Origin: Candidatus Latescibacterota bacterium
Lineage (GTDB): Bacteria > Latescibacterota > UBA2968 > UBA8231
Assembly: GCA_965217585.1 (NCBI GenBank)
Contig: OZ244561.1
Span: 544,001 to 608,000, forward strand
Reading direction: 5' to 3'
Length of the DNA stretch: 64,000 nucleotides
Both the position numbers and the translations under genes were made by a program. Position 1 is the first letter of the stretch, and each line of letters begins with the position of its first letter. The notes below the pieces were generated by a model. The model saw only the letters and a list, made by a program, of their open reading frames with translations. It searched no databases and was not told the origin of the DNA. Below, piece by piece: positions 51,601 through 60,489 of the stretch.

Positions 51601-51826
51601 GCAGAACATGCGCAAAGACGCCGGACTAGACGTCTCCGACCGCATCTACGTCTGGGTGCGAGGCGACACCGGGCTGGAAGAGGCTGTCGAGCAGCACCGC
51701 GAGTACATCGCCGCTGAAACCCTAGCGCTGACCCTCCACACCGAGAAACTGCCCCAAGAGGCACTCTTGCAGCAGGAGCGGCAGGTCAATGGCCAAGCCG
51801 GCACCATTGCCATCGCTAAGGCCTAG
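48665..51826 (+). CDS. ileS: Isoleucine-tRNA ligase (type 2)
   Basis: DGPPFATGLPHYGH, GWDCHGLP, WTTTPWTLP, KLSKR; C-terminus of IleRS2 type without a zinc finger. Confidence 0.97.
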   Translation: MSMAPQTPFAPVPSQVDFPAQERHILEFWRAGDLYRKSVDARPIEQPFRFYDGPPFATGLPHYGHLLASITKDVVPRYWTMRGYRVERRWGWDCHGLPVENEVEQQLGLRSRRDILEYGVSQFNEACRDLVLHYTAEWQRLIERLGRWVDWDNQYRTMDPNFMESVWWVFKSLWDKGLVYEGYKSLAYCPRCATPLSNFEVNQGYQDTQDPSITVRFRVVGEQRLSLLAWTTTPWTLPSNMGLAIGRDIDYVRVTTRDGEHLILAASLVESLFRRHDSEIAEVTPVAVEDLVGLRYEPLFDCFADRAEEGAFRVVTADFVSTDDGTGIVHIAPGFGEDDYQLGLAEGLPVVCPIDADCCFTDEIPDFEGTFVKDTDTPIIRRLRTSGQLFSEGSIEHSYPFCWRCDSPLIYRTISTWFVKIEGEVKEKMLAANQQIWWIPEHIRNGRFGKGVESAPDWAVSRNRYWGTPLPIWRNEETGEAVCVGSRQELCELAGRDVDDLHKHFIDDLEIPAPSGNGSLRRVPEVLDCWFESGSMPYAQNHYPFGRREDFEASFPADFISENLDMTRGWFYTLTILAAALFNKPAFHNCIVGGMLLATDGRKLSKRLKNYPDPAEMLETYGADALRLYLLNSPAMKAEEMRLTEEGIKQSLRDVIIPLWNAYSFFVTYAAIDGWTPDESRVQTLDHRLDRWILSELQTLLRDLNAEMEAYRLYRTVPAMVAFTEKLTNWYIRRSRRRFWKSEDDQDKAAAYDTLYRVLVTFIKALAPVLPFITEIIYQNLVRRVDAEAPASVHLCDMPQADEHLRDDALEQQMELATRAVVLGRSLRSKHELKVRQPLRHLWLLPPNGHSHHGLEQMTDLLADELNVKEVVLVEDETDFSEISYRPDFRALGPRFGKRMPEVAARIQALTTEDVHLLKSGGQLSVAGGEIGLADIAVQRREKEGVVVALDNNLGVGLNIQLDDELIAECTAREFVNRVQNMRKDAGLDVSDRIYVWVRGDTGLEEAVEQHREYIAAETLALTLHTEKLPQEALLQQERQVNGQAGTIAIAKA

Positions 51827-51860
51827 TACAAACGGACGACGCGAAGAGAGGTAAAATCAA

Positions 51861-52265
51861 ATGGACGACAAACCCAAGCAGCTAGACAAAGAACACCTCG
51901 GCTTTTTTAAGAAATTGCTACTCAAAAAAATCGCCCAGACCTCAGACGACGTCGAAGCCATCGAAAACACCGCACGCAACGACGCCCGGGAAACGGCCTC
52001 CGAGGACCGCTCGACCTATTCGCTGCACATGGCCGACCACGGGACCGACGCCATGGAGCGAGAGAAATCCCTGCTTCTCGCCCAGCGCGGGGGTGATTAC
52101 ATCGACTACTTAAACGAGGCCCTGCAACGCATCGAGGACGGCACCTTCGGGATTTGCCGCATCTGCAAAGGGCCGATCGGCCGCGGCCGCCTAGAGGCCG
52201 TGCCCACTGCCACCCAGTGCATTAGCTGCAAGTCCAAGCGCGAGGAGGAGTCGGACTTAGAGTGA
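51861..52265 (+). CDS. DksA/TraR C4 zinc-finger protein
   Basis: HMADHGTD, C..C...RLEAVP....C..C. Confidence 0.9.
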   Translation: MDDKPKQLDKEHLGFFKKLLLKKIAQTSDDVEAIENTARNDARETASEDRSTYSLHMADHGTDAMEREKSLLLAQRGGDYIDYLNEALQRIEDGTFGICRICKGPIGRGRLEAVPTATQCISCKSKREEESDLE

Positions 52266-52744
52266 CGTTCCTGTGGATCATACCACTGGCCGTGGCCATC
52301 GATCAAGCTAGTAAATTCATCGTCCGCGGCTCCATGGCGCTGCACCAGTCCGAGCCTGTGCTGGGCGACTTTTTCCGCCTGACCTACATCCACAACCCAG
52401 GCGCAGCCTTCGGGCTGAACGTGGGCAGCCCGCTTCTGCACACCGCCTTCTCGATCCTCGCACTCGGCATCCTCGTGTACCTCTATCGCTCGCTCGCCGA
52501 GAACGAGCGGCTCTTGCGCCTAGCCCTCTGCCTAGTACTAGGGGGTGCCGTGGGCAACATCATCGACCGCCTGTACTTGGGGGAAGTGGTGGATTTTTTC
52601 GACTTCGGCCTCGGGGATTTGCGCTGGCCGATCTTCAACTTTGCCGATTCCTTCGTCACCGTCGGCGTCTTGCTCTTGGCCTTGGGCTACTCGCGCCGCG
52701 AAAAAGCCCCGGCTGCCCCTGTAGAGGAAGCCGCCCCCAGTTAA
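52262..52744 (+). CDS. lspA: Lipoprotein signal peptidase
   Basis: DQASK, NPGAAFG, GNIIDR, VVDF, FNFAD. Confidence 0.96.
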   Translation: MTFLWIIPLAVAIDQASKFIVRGSMALHQSEPVLGDFFRLTYIHNPGAAFGLNVGSPLLHTAFSILALGILVYLYRSLAENERLLRLALCLVLGGAVGNIIDRLYLGEVVDFFDFGLGDLRWPIFNFADSFVTVGVLLLALGYSRREKAPAAPVEEAAPS

Positions 52745-52748
52745 CGCC

Positions 52749-53699
52749 ATGCACCTCGCCGTTGACGCCGAGGCTCCCGAGCGGCTCGATCTCTTTCTAC
52801 GCCACCGCTGTCCCGAGCTTTCTCGGAGCCGCATCCAAACGCTGATCAAGTCCGGAGCGATTCGCGTCAATGGCGCGCAGACGCGCCCGGCCTACTTGAT
52901 CCAGTCCGGGGACGAGATCGCCGTCGAACTGCCCGCGCCCGAGCCGCTAGCCGCGCGCCCCGAGCCAGTGCCCCTATCCATCGCGTACGAAGACGACGAC
53001 CTGCTGGTCGTAGACAAGGCGGCCGGCATGACCGTACATCCGGCCCCGGGCGCAGCCGAGGGCACCCTCGTCAACGCGCTGTTGCACCACTGCCGCAACC
53101 TATCGGGCATCAACGGCACCCTCCGGCCGGGGATCGTCCACCGGCTCGATAAGGAAACGAGCGGTTTGCTCGTGGTGGCCAAGCGCGACACCGCCCACCG
53201 GACGCTGGCTGCAAAATTTCAAGCGCACCAGATCGAACGCCACTACGTAGCCTTGGTGTGGGGCGTCTTGCGCGGGGAAAGCGGGCGAATCGAAGCGCCG
53301 ATTGAGCGCCATCCCAAAAATCGCAAGAAGATGGCCGTAGTCGCCGACGGTCGAGCCGCGGCCACGAACTTCAAGGTCGTCGAGCGCGGCCCTTTTACGA
53401 CCTGGGTCGAGTGCCAGCTAGAAACGGGACGGACGCACCAGATTCGCGTCCACATGGCCCATATCGGCCATCCTGTCTTCGGCGATCTAGTGTACGGGGG
53501 CCGCGACCAAGCCAGAGGGATCCGCCCCGAGTACCGACGTCAAGCCAACTGGATGCTGAGCTTGATCAAACGCCAAGCCCTGCATGCAAAGGAACTGCGC
53601 TTCGCGCATCCGACCACCGGAGAAATGATGGAGTTTACCGCGCCGCTGCCGGAGGATTTGCGGGCCGTATTAGAGGCGGCGCGGATGGAGAGCGGATAG
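52749..53699 (+). CDS. rluD: RluA-family pseudouridine synthase
   Basis: S4 domain, HRLDKETSG, TGRTHQIRVH. Confidence 0.93.
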   Translation: MHLAVDAEAPERLDLFLRHRCPELSRSRIQTLIKSGAIRVNGAQTRPAYLIQSGDEIAVELPAPEPLAARPEPVPLSIAYEDDDLLVVDKAAGMTVHPAPGAAEGTLVNALLHHCRNLSGINGTLRPGIVHRLDKETSGLLVVAKRDTAHRTLAAKFQAHQIERHYVALVWGVLRGESGRIEAPIERHPKNRKKMAVVADGRAAATNFKVVERGPFTTWVECQLETGRTHQIRVHMAHIGHPVFGDLVYGGRDQARGIRPEYRRQANWMLSLIKRQALHAKELRFAHPTTGEMMEFTAPLPEDLRAVLEAARMESG

Positions 53700-53738
53700 T
53701 GCGCGACGACTATAGACAACCGACGAGGAGTACAGCCT

Positions 53739-55100
53739 GTGGACTTTCGACTCAGTAACGACGAGATGCTCGCCTTTATCGCGCGGGGGTACCACATCTT
53801 CCACCCCGCGATCGACGCGGAGATACACCGAGCGGTTTGCGCCCAGACCCGCGCCGCCTTTGTCCAAGGCAAAAATCCCGGCAACGCCATCTACGAGCAG
53901 GTCCCGGCACTTGCGCAGGTATTGTCGCATCCACAGGTGGTGGGGGCGCTGACGAGCCTCTTGGGCGCGGATTATCACCTGCTCTGCCACCGCCATGCCC
54001 ACCTGACCCAACCCGGTCAAGCAGCCGGAGGGTTCCACCAAGACGGAACGCCTCGGGCCTTGCGGGGCTGGACCCGCCCCTGGCGCTATGGTCACCGGCC
54101 GCGCAAGGTGCTGCTGGTGTATTTCCCCCATGCGGTGCCCAAAGAGTTGGGGCCGACGACCTTGGCACCTGGGTCGCAGTACTATCGGCAGCGTCCCGAG
54201 GCGATGGAGGCCTTGGAATGCGGGGTCGAGGGCGAGGCTGGTGTGATGGCTATCTGCCATTTTTCTTGTTGGCACCGGGCTGGGGCCAATACAAGCGGCT
54301 CCGAGCGGATTATGCTCAAATTTGTCTTCGACCGCCGGGGCGAGCCGCGCGGGCCTAGCTGGAAGGCCGCAGCGGACTACAATCCCGATTTTGCGGCAAC
54401 CGCGCGCCAATGGTCGGCGCGCCCCGACGGGCGCTTGTTGTGCCTTCCCAAGACTTGGCAGACGATGTGGAACTGGCTTGGCGGCCGCGGGGCCGAACGG
54501 CTCGGAGGCACGGCGTCGGTGGACTCGCTATGCAAAGGCTTGGCGTCGGAGCAGGAGCACGAGGCCCTAGAGGCGGCCTATGGACTGGGTGGGCAAGTAG
54601 ATGCCGATGGGGCGAGGGCTTTAGTCGCCCGGATGCGCCACGGGGACGAGCAAGAGCGCGAGATGGCGGCGGTGGCGCTGAGTGCGGCGGGCCGCGTCGC
54701 CGTAGATGCGCTGCGCGAGACGCTGGCGGACCCCGATCCGTGGCTACGGGCGATGGCCGCGGATATCGCGGGTGATCTGGGGCGCGAAAGCCTAGCGCTG
54801 GTGCCCGATATGGAGCGCGCTATAGACGACGCGGATGTCTGGGTGCGGCACAATGCGCTACAGACGCTGTCACTATGGGGCCGGGAGGCGCGCGGTGCGG
54901 AGGAGCGGGTAGTAGAGGCGCTGACCGACGCCGAGCCTTTTGTGCGCTTTAACGCCCTCGGCGCGCTGATGAATATGCGTCCCTTGGATGCGCGTTGTGC
55001 CGAGTGGCTGCAGCACGTCGCCGCCAACGATGAAGCGCAGCCCCAATGGCAGGCACAAGATGCGTTGCGACGGTGGGATAACGCGGCGTTGCGCTATTAG
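53739..55100 (+). CDS. PhyH-family Fe/2OG dioxygenase fused to HEAT repeats
   Basis: FHQDG (HxD), GPT.L.PGSQ, WHRA; C-terminal L.D.D.W(V/L)R repeats. Confidence 0.8.
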   Translation: MDFRLSNDEMLAFIARGYHIFHPAIDAEIHRAVCAQTRAAFVQGKNPGNAIYEQVPALAQVLSHPQVVGALTSLLGADYHLLCHRHAHLTQPGQAAGGFHQDGTPRALRGWTRPWRYGHRPRKVLLVYFPHAVPKELGPTTLAPGSQYYRQRPEAMEALECGVEGEAGVMAICHFSCWHRAGANTSGSERIMLKFVFDRRGEPRGPSWKAAADYNPDFAATARQWSARPDGRLLCLPKTWQTMWNWLGGRGAERLGGTASVDSLCKGLASEQEHEALEAAYGLGGQVDADGARALVARMRHGDEQEREMAAVALSAAGRVAVDALRETLADPDPWLRAMAADIAGDLGRESLALVPDMERAIDDADVWVRHNALQTLSLWGREARGAEERVVEALTDAEPFVRFNALGALMNMRPLDARCAEWLQHVAANDEAQPQWQAQDALRRWDNAALRY

Positions 55101-55152
55101 CCAAAGAACAGATAGAGAGCGGCCAGATCGGATTCAACTAAAAGGAAAAGCC

Positions 55153-56568
55153 ATGCACGAGACCAACCTACTGAGAGCCGGAGCGGCGATGATCGACATC
55201 ACCCCGCCCGCAGGTACGCATTTATCAGGTAGCGGGGCTGGCGAACACCGCCCTGCTCAGGCCGTGATGGATCCACTCTTTGCCAAAGCTATCGTCTTTG
55301 AGGTCGGCGCGCGGCGCATCTGCATGGTGATATTAGATCTCACCATTGTCACCGGCGACTACACGGACCAAATCCGCGCCGCCATCGGCGATCAAACGGG
55401 TCTAGCACCGGAGGCGATCATGGTCCAGGCGACCCAAACGCATTCCGCCCCGAGCCTCGGCTACTTTATGCTGGATCCAGATTTCCCATTGGAGACCACC
55501 GAGGAGACCGAGTATCTGCGCGGGGCCGAACGCGCCTACGGCGACCGGGCCGCTGCCGCCGCAGTCGAGGCCGCAGTCGAGGCGATGAGCAAGCTGCAAC
55601 CTGTGCGCATCGGTTTGGGGCGCGGCGTGTTGGGCGACTTGGCTTTCAATCGCCGTGGCGTGCGCCGCGACGGCACCATCGCCATGCCCAAGCCGCAGGG
55701 TCGGGAGCAGCAGCCGTTCGGGATCGCGGATATCTGCTATCTCGAAGGACCGATGGACCCGGAAGTCGGCGTGTGCTGTATACAGGATATGGACATGCAG
55801 CCGCTGGCCTTTCTCCTGCACTACACCTGTCACCCGGTCAATGCGTTCGGGTACCGCGAGACCTACCGGGCCGTGTCGGCGGATTGGCCTGGCGCTTGGG
55901 CGCGGGAGATGCAGCAGCTATTCGGTGGCAACACAGTACCGTTGGTCGTCAACGGCTGTTGCGGCAACATCAACCCCTGGCATCCCTTCGACTCGGACTG
56001 CCGGCCGGATCACCAGCGGATGGGGCGCGAATTGGCCCAGATGAGCGAACGAATCGTGCACAATATGGCGTTTGCCAGCGGCGCTGCGTTGGATTGTAGA
56101 ATCGAAAAGGTCGGCCTGCCCTTGCGCGAGATTCCGGCCGAGCGCTTGCGCGAGGTCAACGCGATTCTCGCTGAGAACCCGCAACCGCCGCGCGGATCAA
56201 ACGGCGAAGTGGATCCGCACTGGTTTCGGGCCGCATCGACCCACAGCGTCGAACTAGCCCGGCAGCGGGACGCTGAATTCCCCTATGAGATCCAGGCTTT
56301 CCGCATCGGCGACCTCGGCGTAATCGGCCTGCCTGGCGAACCTTTTGTCGAAGGACAACTCGCGCTCAAAACGAACTCAGCGGCACCGTTTCTCTTTCCG
56401 GCGCATCTCACGACGCACTATGTCGGCTACCTACCGACGCGAGCGGCCTACGCCCGAGGCGGACACGAGGCCAACGAAGACGTTACCTACTGGGCCAAGC
56501 TCGCCCCCGGCAGCCTCGAAACGGTCGTCGAGCAGGCCCGGACGCTGGTAGAAGAACTGTTTGTATAA
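55153..56568 (+). CDS. Neutral ceramidase-like hydrolase
   Basis: DITPP, DPL, ATQTHSAP, NRR, YTCHP, SADWPG, GNINP, PGEPF, GYLPT. Confidence 0.78.
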   Translation: MHETNLLRAGAAMIDITPPAGTHLSGSGAGEHRPAQAVMDPLFAKAIVFEVGARRICMVILDLTIVTGDYTDQIRAAIGDQTGLAPEAIMVQATQTHSAPSLGYFMLDPDFPLETTEETEYLRGAERAYGDRAAAAAVEAAVEAMSKLQPVRIGLGRGVLGDLAFNRRGVRRDGTIAMPKPQGREQQPFGIADICYLEGPMDPEVGVCCIQDMDMQPLAFLLHYTCHPVNAFGYRETYRAVSADWPGAWAREMQQLFGGNTVPLVVNGCCGNINPWHPFDSDCRPDHQRMGRELAQMSERIVHNMAFASGAALDCRIEKVGLPLREIPAERLREVNAILAENPQPPRGSNGEVDPHWFRAASTHSVELARQRDAEFPYEIQAFRIGDLGVIGLPGEPFVEGQLALKTNSAAPFLFPAHLTTHYVGYLPTRAAYARGGHEANEDVTYWAKLAPGSLETVVEQARTLVEELFV

Positions 56569-56629
56569 GCTAGGGGGATCGCAGGCGTTCACATGCGGGT
56601 GGATGGGGAACCAAATTTACTAAACAGAG

Positions 56630-57268
56630 CTAGCCGCTAAACGCCTTGAACGCTAGCCCGGCAATCGCTAAGATCGTCGTTATCTGAAGTGGTACAACCC
56701 AGCGGTATAATCGGTCAATTTTGGTTTCCAGCGACTCCCGAGTGGCGTCGATTTTGTCGTCCAGTGACTCGCGGGTAGTGTCGATCTTGGTTTCCAGCGA
56801 CTCCCGAGTGGCGTCGATTTTGTCGTCCAGTGACTCGCGGGTAGTGTCGATCTTGGTTTCCAACGACTCCCGAGTGGCGTCGATTTTGTCGTCCAGTGAC
56901 TCGCGGGTAGTGTCGATCTTGGTTTCCAACGACTCCCGAGTGGCGTCGATTTTGTTGTCTAACACCGCACGAGTGGCGTCGATTTTACCGTCGAATGCCT
57001 CGCGGGTGGCGTCGATTTTGCCGTCGAGCGCCGCATGATTGGCGTCGATTTTAGTTTCCAGCGACTCCCGGGTAGCGTCAATTTTGGTTTCCAGCGACTC
57101 CCGGGTAGCGTCAATTTTGCCGTCGAGTGCCGCATGATTGGCGTCGATTTTGGTTTCGATGCGACCCAGCCGCACGTCGATTTGCTCGACAATGCCCTCT
57201 AGCCGGGCGATGCGCCCCTCGTGGTCTAACGGATACGGACGCTCTGGCGGCGGATGGTGCTCACTCAC
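56630..57268 (-). CDS. Membrane-anchored coiled-coil protein with KID repeats (DUF1640/CCDC90/Bdr-like)
   Basis: 13 units of 11 aa followed by a C-terminal TM; GAGGAGG RBS. Confidence 0.8.
   Translation of the reverse strand: MSEHHPPPERPYPLDHEGRIARLEGIVEQIDVRLGRIETKIDANHAALDGKIDATRESLETKIDATRESLETKIDANHAALDGKIDATREAFDGKIDATRAVLDNKIDATRESLETKIDTTRESLDDKIDATRESLETKIDTTRESLDDKIDATRESLETKIDTTRESLDDKIDATRESLETKIDRLYRWVVPLQITTILAIAGLAFKAFSG
56714..57142. repeat. 33-bp coding tandem repeat x13 with a 66-bp higher-order unit
   Basis: Units ATRESLETKID / TTRESLDDKID / ANHAALDGKID; the last three pairs are near-identical in DNA. Confidence 0.95.
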
Positions 57269-57348
57269 GATCCGACCTCCTCGGTGTTAAAGCGTGAACA
57301 GCGCGAAACCCCCGCCCCGGATACTCGCAAGATCCATGCCACGGCGGC

Positions 57349-57377
57349 AGTGTAGTGGGGAGGACGGGGCCGTGCAA
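57349..57377 (-). promoter_or_regulatory. sigma70 promoter of the repeat-protein gene
   Basis: TTGCAC (57377-72), 17 bp, TACACT (57354-49). Confidence 0.5.
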
Positions 57378-57498
57378 GTCAGACTGTATCGGGCACAACC
57401 CATCCATGAGACCTTTAGGGAGCACCCCCAAAAAGAGTAGTGCGTCAGGTTGAAAATTTCAATCCCTTGGTAAAGAGACAAAACATCCAAGAAAATTC

Positions 57499-57526
57499 AA
57501 ACTGACGGATTATCGTCAGTTTTTTT
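57499..57526. terminator. Intrinsic terminator downstream of the KAP NTPase gene
   Basis: AAACTGACG-GATTAT-CGTCAGTTT hairpin with T/A tracts, adjacent to the KAP stop. Confidence 0.7.
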
Positions 57527-59582
57527 ACTCAAAGGGATCGTCTCTCCAGCCGCCGAGGTATTTGTCTGCAAGTCCTAGAAGATCATCTGCGCCATCGAGC
57601 TTTGCAGCCTTCAGACTCTCAATCCGTTCCTTCAGCGTTGCCTCGTCGCCGTAAAGCTCAGTCAGAGCATCCCAAAATAAACGCGGAGAGCGTTGGACTG
57701 CCCGGCTTCCCTCTGCTTGGCTCTTGATCTCATCATAAGCAGCACGAAGCAGAGCTAACGTCAATTTAGGTGTGCTGTCGATTTTGAACGGGCTTTCCGA
57801 CGGACACGCAGCCTGCTTCATACAAAGAAAAATCCTTAAAAGTTCATGCTCACCCGCCAGAGTATCAACCGAGGCTGATCGCACTTCTTCACTCCAAGCC
57901 TTCTCAAACTCTGATGCCATTCGTTCCGATACCAACTTATGGCCGACGCGCTCGCGATACCCGACAATGTTGATTAGTTCCAATTTAGAAGATAGGGACC
58001 TTAGTTCAGGTAGGACTTGGCATACCGCTTTTTCGACTTTAGCAGGGTCATTCAGCGATCTCAAGAGGCGGAGTATGACACGAGTGACAGAACTTTTGGA
58101 AGGCCCACCAAACATGCCCCTCCGCCGCTCGGGAAGCGGTAAAAGATTGAGCAATACGATCGTTCCCGGTACTACGTGTTCTGAGGCGAACTCTTCCTCA
58201 AACATCTCTAATGATGCGATAACATCCTGTAGTTGTGCCTGGTCAATAGAACGCAAGTAGTTATCGAAAGCATCGCGGTCAGCGATGTATTTCCATGCCT
58301 GTTCTGCTCCCATAACGGCTTGCAGATTTTCATTTGTGAAACGCTCCAAGTAAAGCCGCAGAATATCCTCATGAGCGACGCGACGCTCCTTAAGCCATTC
58401 CTCCTTCCGGCTACTACCGAAGAGGTTGCCACCGATATAGTACTCCCCAGCCGGAAAGAGTAGTCTAATCATACTTTCAACGACGCGATTTTCATCTTTA
58501 GCGGTCTCAATCAAGCCATTGACCTGTGTCTTAAGGTGAGCCTGATCGCTGTGGGTGGCAGAGGCGGAATTGAAATCTGTTGTAAGACCGTCAATAGCAC
58601 CATGCAAGAGCTTGAAAACATCTGGAAGGAATATGCGAATAGCTTCGAGTGCGAGTAGGTCGGCAAGCGCAATTTGTCCATCGAGGGATGTTACAGCGCT
58701 GTGGATGGCAGCAGCGTATCGTCTAACATCTCGCATGTTTCGGATAAGTGGCCGGATGATCTCCATGAAGATATCTGGCCAGACTTGCTTATCAAACGGG
58801 CCGGTATTTTCGATGTTGTCAAGGGCCTTATCCAAGGCCGAGGTTACCTGCTGGTGTAGCACATGACTAGGCACTACAGGCAAATCCTCTGGGAATTGAA
58901 GGATTTTCTCCAAATAGTCGCGCCCCGGTATTCCCTGCTCATCGAGTGCCTTTTCGACGCGATCCCGGTCAAAGGCCACGATATAAATGATATTGGGAAA
59001 GTTGGCCGTTAGCCGAACTAGCTTGAAAACATCTCGAATTTCAGATGTCGCCAACCGATCAATGTCGTCGAGTACAACCACAATCGGTTCGTTGAGAGCA
59101 GAAAGAGCTTTTTCAATCTTGCGTCGCCGACCACCAACACCTTCCTTCCGACGCTGAAGGAACTTGCCTCCGATTTTCATTGCACTGCGAATTCGCTCAG
59201 ACCATACACCGACAACAGGCAACCATCCTAAGCCGGAGAATATCTCTCCATACGCCTCAAAATCTTTGCCTATCTCGGCAAGGTCACTATGAATCTTCAG
59301 TTGGGCGGCGAGTTCGATAAAAAACGACTCGACGAGTTGCGCTGCACCACTAAACATCCACGGATTAAAGTCGAGTATGGGGACTTCGGCCTTCTTAAAC
59401 TCATTCCGGGCAAGGTTGATAAAAGACGTTTTTCCAGAACCCCAAGGACCAAGGACGCCGACTACAACCCCCTCCTTGGTATCAAGGGCGAGTACATGCT
59501 GAGCAAAATTTTGAGCGGTAGAAATTCTACCGATAGCATCATCTTCGGGATTTTTTATAGGATTGTCGCCAACGATCATCAC
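57525..59582 (-). CDS. KAP-family P-loop NTPase
   Basis: DNPI...DD.IGR, GPWGSGKTS, FNPW, VVLDDIDRL, YLEKI.Q, NMRDVRR; GTG 59582 with AGGAGA RBS; low GC. Confidence 0.9.
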   Translation of the reverse strand: MMIVGDNPIKNPEDDAIGRISTAQNFAQHVLALDTKEGVVVGVLGPWGSGKTSFINLARNEFKKAEVPILDFNPWMFSGAAQLVESFFIELAAQLKIHSDLAEIGKDFEAYGEIFSGLGWLPVVGVWSERIRSAMKIGGKFLQRRKEGVGGRRRKIEKALSALNEPIVVVLDDIDRLATSEIRDVFKLVRLTANFPNIIYIVAFDRDRVEKALDEQGIPGRDYLEKILQFPEDLPVVPSHVLHQQVTSALDKALDNIENTGPFDKQVWPDIFMEIIRPLIRNMRDVRRYAAAIHSAVTSLDGQIALADLLALEAIRIFLPDVFKLLHGAIDGLTTDFNSASATHSDQAHLKTQVNGLIETAKDENRVVESMIRLLFPAGEYYIGGNLFGSSRKEEWLKERRVAHEDILRLYLERFTNENLQAVMGAEQAWKYIADRDAFDNYLRSIDQAQLQDVIASLEMFEEEFASEHVVPGTIVLLNLLPLPERRRGMFGGPSKSSVTRVILRLLRSLNDPAKVEKAVCQVLPELRSLSSKLELINIVGYRERVGHKLVSERMASEFEKAWSEEVRSASVDTLAGEHELLRIFLCMKQAACPSESPFKIDSTPKLTLALLRAAYDEIKSQAEGSRAVQRSPRLFWDALTELYGDEATLKERIESLKAAKLDGADDLLGLADKYLGGWRDDPFE

Positions 59583-59734
59583 GTATCTCCTATGCAAATC
59601 GGGATGTTGTGGAATGAATCCGTATTCGCTCTTCCATGCAGCCTTCAAATAAAAAATAGGCTCCTTAGTAGAATGAGCATGACTTCCGGCCGAGAAAACT
59701 GATACCCGCGTCTTCGTCACGCCGCCTGTCGGGA

Positions 59735-59780
59735 TTGACGCGGTGCAGGCATGACAGTAGATTCATGATGTCATGCCTGC
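59735..59780 (+). promoter_or_regulatory. Toxin-antitoxin promoter with 12-bp perfect inverted-repeat operator
   Basis: TTGACG (59735-40), 17 bp, TAGATT (59758-63); GCAGGCATGACA-N12-TGTCATGCCTGC (59745-59780). Confidence 0.75.
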
Positions 59781-60018
59781 TACTCAGATTACCCTTCGCA
59801 ATGTCGATCCCGAACTCTCTCGGCGGCTTCGCGCTGTCAGCGCGGAACGCGGTGAGAGCCTGAACAGCACCGTGCTGCGCCTCCTGAAAGACGCGGTCGG
59901 CTTGGATGCGCGTCGCGACCGCCTGCGCCGATACGTCACATGGACGGCTGACGACCTCTCGGAGTTTACCGATGCGCTACGTGCGCAGCGAGTCGTCGAT
60001 GAACGGTACTGGCAGTGA
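59773..60018 (+). CDS. Ribbon-helix-helix antitoxin (FitA/VapB-like)
   Basis: QITLRNVD..L...LR..S...G.SLN; GTGA overlap with the toxin. Confidence 0.85.
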   Translation: MPATQITLRNVDPELSRRLRAVSAERGESLNSTVLRLLKDAVGLDARRDRLRRYVTWTADDLSEFTDALRAQRVVDERYWQ

Positions 60019-60425
60019 ACTCGACCGACCGACTTGTCCTCGACACCAGCGCGTACTCGCACCTGCGTACCGGACATCCTCAAGTGATCGACTATGTGGC
60101 GGACGCGCCGGTAGTCATCATGCCGGTGACAGTGCTCGGAGAGATTGAAGCGGGATTCGAGTTGGGGAGCCGTGTGCAGGAGAATCGCCACGCCCTCGCC
60201 GACTTCCTCAATGAGCCTTTCGTCAGCGTGTTGGACGTCACTTCCGAAACCGTTCGGCACTATGCCCGAATCTTCGTGGCGTTGCGTCGAGCCGGCACAC
60301 CAATCCCCATGAACGATGTGTGGATTGCGGCAGCAACGATGGAATGCCGCGGGTGCCTGTTGACCTTCGATAGCGACTATCGCCACGTCGCAGAACTCGA
60401 CTACACGTTGCTCGACGTGCCTTGA
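60015..60425 (+). CDS. vapC: PIN-domain toxin
   Basis: LDTSAY, GEI..GF, PIPMNDVWIAA, LLTFD.DY. Confidence 0.92.
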   Translation: MNSTDRLVLDTSAYSHLRTGHPQVIDYVADAPVVIMPVTVLGEIEAGFELGSRVQENRHALADFLNEPFVSVLDVTSETVRHYARIFVALRRAGTPIPMNDVWIAAATMECRGCLLTFDSDYRHVAELDYTLLDVP

Positions 60426-60489
60426 CAGCTATCGTTTGGAGCACAAGCATCCTCGCTCGCCGTAGGTTTTTCTCCCCACTTTTACCTCG

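Noticed and set aside
48665-51826. Type-2 IleRS as an acquired mupirocin-resistance gene
   Set aside because: It lies in the ordinary yggS-yggT-ileS-dksA-lspA-rluD context with host-like composition, so it is probably the housekeeping copy.
51861-52265. DksA lacking the canonical DxxDxA tip
   Set aside because: HxADxGTD tips are common in non-proteobacterial DksA/TraR-like proteins.
56714-57142. 33-bp periodic repeat as a CRISPR array
   Set aside because: Units are contiguous with no unique spacers, stay in frame within a CDS, and no cas genes are present.
57287-57490. 67-aa ORF between the repeat gene and the KAP gene
   Set aside because: No clear RBS or motifs, and it overlaps a predicted promoter; treated as intergenic.
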